Shown in pieces: positions 29,451 through 38,057 of a DNA stretch of 64,000 nt (the stretch's first letter is position 1; every line of letters starts with the position of its first letter). This DNA is from an uncultured Methanoregulaceae archaeon (GTDB taxonomy: Archaea; Halobacteriota; Methanomicrobia; Methanomicrobiales; Methanospirillaceae): contig OY970061.1 in NCBI GenBank assembly GCA_963705255.1, forward strand, positions 1,024,001 to 1,088,000, in the 5' to 3' direction. Made by a program: the position numbers and the translations under genes. A model generated the notes under the pieces. That model saw only the letters and a program-made list of their open reading frames with translations, was not told the origin of the DNA and ran no database searches.

Positions 29451-30599
29451 TTATTTATTCACTGTCGGCCCAATACTGAACGCTTCCAGAAGCCGTAGTG
29501 TGATACGGGTACCAAGTGTCGGCTGGATCGACTCCAGCCAGAGGAAGAAACCCACCCGGGACGGGGTCGGGCGCTCGAACTTGAAATGGCCGTCTTTATG
29601 CTGGATCATTTTATGATACTCTTTTTTCTGCCGCGAACGCAGGTAGATGATAATCTCGTAACCGGGAAGATCGGTGGCGATGATAGCTTTGGTATAATAT
29701 TTTGAAAAATCGGCAAACTCGATCTTCCTTCCCTTCACACTCAACCCGTAAATATCACAGAGGGATTTTACCGATTGCGGAAATATCCCCCCGTAGAGCA
29801 CTTTTTTTACCAGCTGGCCCGTCTGGTCTGATATCTCCGGGTGCATCCTGCCACCGGATTTGCTGATCTCGGAGAAGATACGGTCTCGGACTTCATCATG
29901 ATATTGCTTATAATCAAAGGGTCTTTTGATAGGAATTTCGGTTGCCCGTATCAACTTCGGGTGGTTCTCAGGAGTATTGTAGAGGATTCTAGGACGGTAA
30001 TGTTTGACAAGCGACTTGATCTGCTCGCAGGAGCTTGTATGGATGATCGCATTGGTCTTGTCCTTTGCAAGCCGTTTGACAACGGAATAATTCGATAAAT
30101 CGAACGAGGAGACCAGCAGAAAAGGTGTTGTCTTCTGTGCGTAGAGGTAGCCAAGGAGTTTTTTCTTGAATGCAATCTCCTGCTCGAACTCTTTCAAGTC
30201 TGAAGGAGAGGTCACGACTTCGGCAAATGCCACATGGTTATCGGAATCTACGAGAAGAAGATCAAACTCCGCAAGGTCCTGGCCATTGCCCCTCACCGTA
30301 ATATCCCCGTATTTTGAATAGAAAAGCCCGTTCTGGCCAAGCCTCACTTCTTCCCGCTTTCTCGGGGCATCGGCACCTTTCATGGCAAGGTATTTGATGC
30401 GGTTTGATCTCTTGGAGATCTCAAGAAACATCTCATACACGATTGCTTCAAACCAGCGTCCTTCGGCGGTCCGCATCGGTTCAATGTCAGGAGAGAATAA
30501 TTTTCTGCGTTCAACCTTGTTCATGTGTCTCGTGGCGTTGAGCGCAATTGCCGCATTGGGTTTGAAATTTTTAAAATTGGAACTCAGCCACGGTATCAT
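29451..30599 (-). CDS. Hypothetical protein with PD-(D/E)XK nuclease-like motif
   Basis: GRWFE...AEFDLLL...FAEVVT; long clean ORF. Confidence 0.6.
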   Translation of the reverse strand: MIPWLSSNFKNFKPNAAIALNATRHMNKVERRKLFSPDIEPMRTAEGRWFEAIVYEMFLEISKRSNRIKYLAMKGADAPRKREEVRLGQNGLFYSKYGDITVRGNGQDLAEFDLLLVDSDNHVAFAEVVTSPSDLKEFEQEIAFKKKLLGYLYAQKTTPFLLVSSFDLSNYSVVKRLAKDKTNAIIHTSSCEQIKSLVKHYRPRILYNTPENHPKLIRATEIPIKRPFDYKQYHDEVRDRIFSEISKSGGRMHPEISDQTGQLVKKVLYGGIFPQSVKSLCDIYGLSVKGRKIEFADFSKYYTKAIIATDLPGYEIIIYLRSRQKKEYHKMIQHKDGHFKFERPTPSRVGFFLWLESIQPTLGTRITLRLLEAFSIGPTVNK

Positions 30600-30796
30600 G
30601 ATACAGTAAAGAATTACTGGTCTAATAGTAGATAACAATCTGCTTTGCTGCCGATTAGTCGTATTTTCACCGCATCTAGATACTTATAGAAAAATATATA
30701 TGTACATGCAAGATATTGCCTTCGTACCTCAGGACAGCATTCATTTCTGTATTCAAGAGGACATAAGAAGGGAAAGGGAAGGCGAGGGGATACTTG

Positions 30797-31153
30797 ATGG
30801 TTACTGTAAAAAAAGTGAGTGGCTCAGTATCATTGCCCCGGTATTTCATGCCGGATGCATCAGAATCGGACTACCTGGAGATCCTCAACCAGGTTCAGGA
30901 ATGCCCGAGCTCCCAGATAGGAAATTCCTATTTTTATATCCGGACTAGTGATGGATATGTATCCCTGTGCCGGATAATACCCGGTGCCGGGAAAGTGTTC
31001 TTCCATGAGATCGTGGATCATCAGAAATACGGAATTTCCGATGAGGATATCAAGAGGGCAATTTATGAGGACCAGAATACCTTTACGTTGCCAGGTCATC
31101 ATCCGGTTTCATCTCATATCGAGATGAAATTACATGCTTTCTTGGGATTATAA
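30797..31153 (+). CDS. Hypothetical protein
   Basis: ORF with purine-rich upstream region; no motif recognised. Confidence 0.6.
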   Translation: MVTVKKVSGSVSLPRYFMPDASESDYLEILNQVQECPSSQIGNSYFYIRTSDGYVSLCRIIPGAGKVFFHEIVDHQKYGISDEDIKRAIYEDQNTFTLPGHHPVSSHIEMKLHAFLGL

Positions 31154-31259
31154 CAATCTTTCCCGGTTTACCTGCAATATTATAAACATAATTTTGACTC
31201 GATTTTCGTAAAAGGGATATGATCCAGATTGATACCGGAGCTTCAGATTGAAACAACCT

Positions 31260-31598
<339 letters not shown>

Positions 31599-31604
31599 TC
31601 AAAA

Positions 31605-31982
31605 TCAGCACCGCTCTCTCTGCTAGGAGATGTCGAAACCGGCATATTCCTCCTCTTCAGTTACGCGAAGGCCAATAGTTTTGTCGATAATGATTGCAAG
31701 TATGTATGTTATAACAAACGCATAGATAAGGGCAGCGAAAGTACTTGCAGCACATGGTACAAACGAATGGATGTTTCCTCCCAGAAACCCCGATGCTCAA
31801 TTGACCGCTACTGCCAGCAAAGATGACGGTGCCGAGTGCACCGTTGACAAACGACAGGGTGATCATGTCGAAGTTCTTCCAGCGCACCAGCCCACTATAG
31901 AAAATGCCCACCCCGGCGTCATGATCATCACGAGCGCCGTTGAGGCAAGAATCCATGCTGTTGCTCCAGAATCAATTGCCAT
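31605..31982 (-). pseudogene. amtB: Ammonium transporter remnant (large internal deletion, frameshifts, premature stop)
   Basis: MAIDSGATAWILASTALVMIMTPG/VGIFYSGLVR.KN (Amt N-terminus) fused to ...YILAIIIDKTIGLRVTEEEEYAGFDIS* (Amt C-terminus) in about 380 bp. Confidence 0.9.
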
Positions 31983-32155
31983 CTAAATCACCGGTAAGAA
32001 CTAACCATGATATATGGGTATGGATTTTAAAGAAATTTCCTGTGAACACGGTGATCTTTTAGCTGGATTGTGAACAAGAATCATTGATGATACTCCCGTC
32101 CACCGATACCGTACGACATGTCGAGAAATTGATGGCTGGGTAAAAAAATTAATAA

Positions 32156-33481
32156 TTAGTAGGTTGCCAGGTACCGGTCGAGTTCCCACGGGTGGACTGC
32201 AAGACGGAACGCATCAGTCTCCGCCTCTGAGATACGTGCGAGGTTCTCTACGATATGGCCGCCGAGTGCATCGCAGAGCACGTTATCCTTCATAAGGTAT
32301 GCCTGTGACTCCGCGAGGCTTCCGGGCAGCATCTCAATCTTCATCTTCTTGCGCTCCTTGTCGCTCAAGTGGTAGATGTTGACGTCCGTGCTATCCGGTG
32401 GCATGATCTTGTTCTTGATACCATCAAGACCTGCTGCCAGCATGCAGGCAAACGTCAGGTACGGGTTGCACATCGGATCGGGGCTCCGGAATTCTGTGCG
32501 GGTACCGTTGCCCCGGGCGGCGGGGACCCGGATTAAGGCTGATCGGTTAGTGGTGCTCCACGAGATGTAACACGGAGCTTCGTAACCGGGAACGAGGCGC
32601 TTGTACGAGTTGATGGTCGGGTTTGCGACCCGGGTTATTGCTTTGGCATGCTTCAGGAGACCCCCGATGTAGTAAAGGGCGGTCTGGCTGAGCCCCTTCT
32701 CCGAATCCGCGTCGAAGAAGGCGTTCTTGCCACCTTTTGACAGGGAGCAGTGCGTGTGCATGCCACTGCCGTTGATTCCGGCAACGGGTTTTGCCATGAA
32801 CGATGCATGGAGGCCGTACTTCAGGGCGATCGCCTTTGTCGCAAACTTCTGGGTGATGACCCGGTCGGCGGTGGTGACGGCATCTGTATACTTGAAGTTG
32901 ATCTCGTGCTGACTCGCCGCGACTTCGTGGTGGGACATCTCGATCTCAAACCCCATCTGGGTCAGCGAGAGCACGATCTCTCTTCTGACATTCTCAGAAG
33001 CATCATTCGGCGCGAGATCGAAATACGCCCCGGTATCCGAGAACTGTGTCGTCGGCTTACCATCGACACGGTTAAACAGGAAAAATTCGAGTTCAGGGCC
33101 GGTATTGAAGGTGTACCCCATCTTCGCGGCTTCCGCCATGGTCTTTTTGAGGGCATACCGGGGATCGCCTTCAAACGGCTTGTTGCCATAGGTGTAAACA
33201 TCACAAACAAACCGCGCAACTTTTCCCTCGGACGGTCTCCATGGCAAAACCGCGTACGAGGCCGGGTCTGCCTTGAGAAGCATATCTGATTCTTCAATCC
33301 GGGTAAACCCATCAATGGAAGACCCGTCGAACCATGTCCCCTCGGTCAGTGATTTTTCAGCCTGCGCTACGGGTACCGCCGCATTTTTCGGCATGCCCAG
33401 AACATCTATAAACTGAAGACGGACGAATTTTACATCATCAGCCTCAATTTTTTTGAGCAACTTGGATACGTCTGTTGACAT
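32156..33481 (-). CDS. glnA: Glutamine synthetase type I
   Basis: FDGSSI, GPELEFF, HHEVA..QHEI, KP..GINGSGMHTH, NSYKRLVPGYEAP, EFRSPDP. Confidence 0.97.
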   Translation of the reverse strand: MSTDVSKLLKKIEADDVKFVRLQFIDVLGMPKNAAVPVAQAEKSLTEGTWFDGSSIDGFTRIEESDMLLKADPASYAVLPWRPSEGKVARFVCDVYTYGNKPFEGDPRYALKKTMAEAAKMGYTFNTGPELEFFLFNRVDGKPTTQFSDTGAYFDLAPNDASENVRREIVLSLTQMGFEIEMSHHEVAASQHEINFKYTDAVTTADRVITQKFATKAIALKYGLHASFMAKPVAGINGSGMHTHCSLSKGGKNAFFDADSEKGLSQTALYYIGGLLKHAKAITRVANPTINSYKRLVPGYEAPCYISWSTTNRSALIRVPAARGNGTRTEFRSPDPMCNPYLTFACMLAAGLDGIKNKIMPPDSTDVNIYHLSDKERKKMKIEMLPGSLAESQAYLMKDNVLCDALGGHIVENLARISEAETDAFRLAVHPWELDRYLATY

Positions 33482-33599
33482 AAGAAAAAAAGTTCCACCC
33501 AATCACATTTATATTTTCTGAACTAACTTCAATAAAGAATGCTCACATTCAATTTCCATGACGTTTTAGTACTATAGATCATTCCGATTTGTGATTACA

Positions 33600-34649
33600 A
33601 TGTGCGGTATAATTGGTGTCATCGATAAACGCCGTCAGTGCATGGACGGCAGCAGCATACGGAACTCGCTCGCTATGATGGACGAGCGTGGCAATGGCGA
33701 AGGGGCCGGTTATGTAGCCTACGGGATTTATCCGGACTTTGCAGATTCCTATGCCCTCCACGTATTTTTTGACGATGTCCACGAAAATAAACCGGTACTC
33801 GATAAAGAGCTCGAGAGATGGGGCAGCGTCATCCACGATGAAGAGATCCCAACCTATGCTTCACGAATAAAAAAGGTGCACACACCATGGAGATATTTTT
33901 TTAAACCCGATCCCGGGCTTGCGCCCGAGAGGAATACATCAGCCGATGACATCATCATGCACATCGTAATGAGTGTCAACTCGGCACCCAACGGCATCCT
34001 CATTTTTTCATCCGGTAAGAATCTTGGGGTATTCAAGGCATCCGGGTGGCCGGAAGAAGTGGCTGACCTGTACCGCATCCAGGACTACGAAGGATATCTC
34101 TGGCTCGGTCACAACCGTTACCCCACCAACACCGCCGGCTGGTGGGGAGGGGCGCACCCTTTCAACCTTCTCGGGTGGAGTGTCGTCCATAACGGTGAGA
34201 TCACATCTTATGGCACCAACCAGCGCTATATCGAGAGTTACGGGTACAAGTGCACCATGTTTACCGATACCGAAGTGGTTGCGTACCTCATTGACCTGCT
34301 CGTGCGCAAACACGGGCTCTCAGAAAAGATGGCGGTGCGTGCGCTCGCGCCCCCATTCTGGAATGAGATCGACCGGATGCCGGCAAAAGAACAGGAACTG
34401 AATCGTGCCATCAGGCTGACCTATGGATCTGCGCTCATGAACGGCCCGTTCGCGATCTGCGTTGCCAACGAGCATGCGCTTGTCGGTTTTACTGATCGCA
34501 TCAAGCTGCGACCGCTCGTCTCCGGGGAACACGGCGACCGGCTCTACATCTCCAGCGAAGAAGCGGCAATCCGCCGGATCGAACCGCACATCCGGGACGT
34601 CCACATGCCAAAGGCAGGCGAGCCGGTGATTGGGAGGGTCATTGCATGA
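33600..34649 (+). CDS. Glutamate synthase glutamine-amidotransferase subunit (class II GATase)
   Basis: MCGIIG N-terminal Cys, HNRYPTNT, GAHPF, VHNGEI, DTEV. Confidence 0.92.
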   Translation: MCGIIGVIDKRRQCMDGSSIRNSLAMMDERGNGEGAGYVAYGIYPDFADSYALHVFFDDVHENKPVLDKELERWGSVIHDEEIPTYASRIKKVHTPWRYFFKPDPGLAPERNTSADDIIMHIVMSVNSAPNGILIFSSGKNLGVFKASGWPEEVADLYRIQDYEGYLWLGHNRYPTNTAGWWGGAHPFNLLGWSVVHNGEITSYGTNQRYIESYGYKCTMFTDTEVVAYLIDLLVRKHGLSEKMAVRALAPPFWNEIDRMPAKEQELNRAIRLTYGSALMNGPFAICVANEHALVGFTDRIKLRPLVSGEHGDRLYISSEEAAIRRIEPHIRDVHMPKAGEPVIGRVIA

Positions 34650-36157
34650 CCATCGGTAGTATCCCCCTCAGGTTCAAGGTGGAGATCGATCCCGAGCTCT
34701 GTATGCTCTGCGGGCGTTGCGTGGAGAACTGTTCGTACGGAGTGTACCGGATGGATGGAGATAAAATACGGGTTAATTCACGCAATTGTGTTGCCTGCCA
34801 CCGATGCACGGCTTTCTGCCCCCGGGACGCCATCAGCATCTACGAAAAACCCACGGACTACCGGAGCCACCCGGTCTGGACGAGGGAGATCCGGGAAGCG
34901 GTCTTCAACCAGGCCAAGACCGGTAAGATCATCCTCGCCGGTATGGGAAATGTCCTGCCCTATCCCATGATCTTCGACCGGCTCCTCCTTGATGCCTGCC
35001 AGGTCACCAATCCGAGCATCGATCCACTCCGGGAGCCGATGGAGCTCCGCACCTATATCGGAAAAAAACCGATCGCACTCTCCCTTAAGGAATATCCCAA
35101 CGGGGATGCAGACCTTCTCACAAAGCTCTCCCCCAATCTCCAGATCGAGACCCCGATAATGATCGGGCACATGAGCTATGGCGCGATCAGTCTGCCTGCC
35201 CAGCAGGCACTGGCAAAAGCGGTCAGCCGCATCGGTACCTTCATGGGAACCGGGGAAGGAGGGCTTCACGAATCCCTCTACCCATACCAGAAAAATATCA
35301 TCGTCCAGGTTGCCTCGGGACGATTCGGGGTCGACATCAATTATCTTGAACGCGGTGCGGCCATCGAGATCAAGATTGGGCAGGGAGCAAAACCGGGTAT
35401 TGGGGGGCACCTCCCAGGAGAAAAAGTCTGTGCTGACGTTTCCTGTACGCGGATGATTCCTGAAGGCAGCGATGCTATCAGCCCGGCACCCCACCACGAT
35501 ATTTACAGCATAGAGGATCTCAAGCAGCTCGTCCGCAGCCTGAAGGAAGCGACCGAATGGAAAAAGCCGGTCTTCGTAAAGATCGCAGCGGTGCACAACG
35601 CGGCCGCAATAGCTGCCGGAATTGCACGCTCGTCTGCAGATGCAGTTGTCATTGACGGGTTCCGCGGGGGTACAGGAGCTGCACCTGTTGTTTTCCGGGA
35701 CCATGTGGGAATCCCGATCGAGGCAGCAGTTGCCAGTGTGGATGCCAAGCTCCGTCAGCAGGGAATACGGAACGAGGTCTCGATCATCGCGAGCGGCGGT
35801 ATCCGGCAGAGCGCAGATGTGGCAAAGGTCATCTGCCTCGGTGCCGACGCGGTTTATATCGGGACATCCGCTCTCGTAGCCATGGGATGCCGGGTATGCG
35901 GGACCTGCAACCGCGGACAATGCGCATGGGGCATTGCCACCCAGAAACCTGAACTGACAAAACGGCTCGACCCGGAGACCAACGCAGTCCAGGTCGAGAA
36001 CCTTATCCACGGGTGGACGCTGGAACTCGCGGAACTTATGGGTGCAGCAGGCATCAACAGCATCGAGAGCCTGCGCGGAAACCGCGATCGTCTCCGTGGG
36101 TATATGCTGGACGAGGGCCTCCTGAATGTCCTTGACGTCAAGACCATGGGGGCGTGA
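34646..36157 (+). CDS. Archaeal glutamate synthase FMN subunit with N-terminal 2x[4Fe-4S]
   Basis: Two CxxCxxCxxxC motifs, MSYGAIS, EIKIGQGAKPGIGGHLPGEKV, SPAPHHDIYSIEDL, C-x5-C-x4-C. Confidence 0.95.
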   Translation: MTIGSIPLRFKVEIDPELCMLCGRCVENCSYGVYRMDGDKIRVNSRNCVACHRCTAFCPRDAISIYEKPTDYRSHPVWTREIREAVFNQAKTGKIILAGMGNVLPYPMIFDRLLLDACQVTNPSIDPLREPMELRTYIGKKPIALSLKEYPNGDADLLTKLSPNLQIETPIMIGHMSYGAISLPAQQALAKAVSRIGTFMGTGEGGLHESLYPYQKNIIVQVASGRFGVDINYLERGAAIEIKIGQGAKPGIGGHLPGEKVCADVSCTRMIPEGSDAISPAPHHDIYSIEDLKQLVRSLKEATEWKKPVFVKIAAVHNAAAIAAGIARSSADAVVIDGFRGGTGAAPVVFRDHVGIPIEAAVASVDAKLRQQGIRNEVSIIASGGIRQSADVAKVICLGADAVYIGTSALVAMGCRVCGTCNRGQCAWGIATQKPELTKRLDPETNAVQVENLIHGWTLELAELMGAAGINSIESLRGNRDRLRGYMLDEGLLNVLDVKTMGA

Positions 36158-36903
36158 AGGTGACCACGGTAACTATTGATGCGAAAGACCTGCATTACAC
36201 CCCTCTGAACCAGAGGATACGGAAGGCCATTGCTGAAGGGGCAACGAAGATTGTAATCAACAATGTCCTCGGCCAGAGATTTATTGGTGACGGGCTGAGA
36301 GGGGACGGGGTCGAAATTACCGTGAACGGTGTACCGGGAGGGGATCTTGCGATGTTCATGAGCGGCCCAACCATCATCGTTCATGGCAACGCCGACCATG
36401 CACCGGGAAATACGATGGACAAGGGCAGGGTCATCATCCATGGCAGTGCCGGTGATGCGGTAGCCCACAGCATGAGGGGGGGATGCATTTATGTACGCGA
36501 TAATATCGGGTACCGGGGAGGTATCCACATGAAACAGTACATGGAGAAGCGCCCGATCGTGGTGGTTGGCGGATCAGCCCGGGCATTCCTTGGTGAATAC
36601 ATGGCAGGAGGGCTCCTCATTGTCCTGGGATTGGGGGGGGCCACGCCAATCTCGGAACAGGGAGTCGGGAGCGGTATCCATGGAGGGGAGATCTTTGTTC
36701 GGGGGAAGGTTGACGGCCTCTGCCTCGGTGTTGGTGCAAAACAGATGCCAGTCACTGACGAAAAGAGGGCGATGATAAAACCGATCATTGAAGATTTTGC
36801 AAAATGCTATGGAATCGACCCGGCTCCCCTGATCGCATCAGAATTCACGCGCATTGCGGCCGCGAGTGCACGGCCGTTTGCAAGCAAATATACATGGGAG
36901 TGA
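36154..36903 (+). CDS. Glutamate synthase GXGXG (domain 3) subunit
   Basis: GQRFIG, GNTMDKG, GEYMAGG beta-helix repeats. Confidence 0.92.
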   Translation: MKVTTVTIDAKDLHYTPLNQRIRKAIAEGATKIVINNVLGQRFIGDGLRGDGVEITVNGVPGGDLAMFMSGPTIIVHGNADHAPGNTMDKGRVIIHGSAGDAVAHSMRGGCIYVRDNIGYRGGIHMKQYMEKRPIVVVGGSARAFLGEYMAGGLLIVLGLGGATPISEQGVGSGIHGGEIFVRGKVDGLCLGVGAKQMPVTDEKRAMIKPIIEDFAKCYGIDPAPLIASEFTRIAAASARPFASKYTWE

Positions 36904-36908
36904 GGGCT

Positions 36909-37931
36909 ATGGCAGCAAAGAGTTATCTCGATTTGAAAAACGAGGTCTGGGATACCGGCAGGTGCTCGGGATGCGGTGCATGCGTGGCGGTCTGCCCTGC
37001 GGATGCATTGTATTTTGAAGAAGGGGAGATGGTGACTTCTCCAAAGAGCAACGGCTACTGCAAACAGGCAACTGACAGTGTCAGTTGCGGGGCATGTTAC
37101 TCGGTCTGCCCCCGCATTGGAGACCAGCCTGCCGAAACGCTTGGAAAATACCTCGAACTGGTGAGCGCAAAAGCGTCTATCGACATTCCGCACCGGCAGA
37201 GCGGCGGCGCAGTCACCGCCATCCTTGCCAACGCACTCGATGAGGGACTGATCGATGCCGTTGTCACGGTCACCGAAGATCGCTGGACCCTCAGACCCGC
37301 TTCAGTAATTATCACAAAATCCGATGTTCTCGTGCAACAGGCCGGCAGCAGGTACAGCTGGTGGGTACCGCTCCTCGCCGCACTGAAACACGCGGTGGTG
37401 GAACGAAAGTTCAAAAAGATTGCAGTCATCGGTGTACCATGCGCCGTACAGGCTGCTGCACGGATGCGGGAGAGCAACAACGATCTCCTGAAGCCTTACG
37501 CCCGGTCGATCCGGCTCATCATCGGGCTGTTCTGTACCGAGGCCTTCGATTATACAGCGCTTGTGCAGGGAAAATTAAGAACCCATTACAAGCTTGAACC
37601 CCACGAGATCCGGAAACTTGATGTGAAGGGCAAACTCGAGGTCCTCAAACAGGACAACAGCACGCTTGTCGTACCGCTCGCTGAACTGGAGACCTGCATC
37701 AGGAAAGGCTGCCATTTCTGTACAGATCTTACCGCGGTCCTCTCGGACATTTCTGCAGGTGCTGTCGGAAGCCCGGGCGGTTCAACCACGCTTGTCGTTC
37801 GTACCCATACCGGTAAGGGATTTGTCGACAGCGCGATCCGGAACAAGAAACTCTCTCCCACCGGTTCTCCTGATATGGCTGCCATCGTAAAACTGGCTGA
37901 GGCCAAGATCAGGAAAAACACCCAAAAATAG
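36909..37931 (+). CDS. FrhB/FdhB-family F420-binding subunit with ferredoxin domain
   Basis: CSGCGACVAVCP, QSGGAVTA, IGVPC, IGLFCTE, GCHFCTD..DISAGAVGS. Confidence 0.92.
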   Translation: MAAKSYLDLKNEVWDTGRCSGCGACVAVCPADALYFEEGEMVTSPKSNGYCKQATDSVSCGACYSVCPRIGDQPAETLGKYLELVSAKASIDIPHRQSGGAVTAILANALDEGLIDAVVTVTEDRWTLRPASVIITKSDVLVQQAGSRYSWWVPLLAALKHAVVERKFKKIAVIGVPCAVQAAARMRESNNDLLKPYARSIRLIIGLFCTEAFDYTALVQGKLRTHYKLEPHEIRKLDVKGKLEVLKQDNSTLVVPLAELETCIRKGCHFCTDLTAVLSDISAGAVGSPGGSTTLVVRTHTGKGFVDSAIRNKKLSPTGSPDMAAIVKLAEAKIRKNTQK

Positions 37932-38057
37932 TTTCTTTGAACCGGTTTACATCAACCTCGTTCCCTCATTTTCTCGCAGGCAAGGGGATTCATATACTTT
38001 TATAATTGTATATTGTAGATATACACCCTTGTCCCTGACAATAAGGAAGATATCTCC

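Noticed and set aside
34778-36010. 410-aa antisense ORF (likewise 3222-4214, 11443-12399, 43134-44006 and similar)
   Set aside because: Shadow ORFs opposite well-supported genes in GC-rich DNA, with no motifs.
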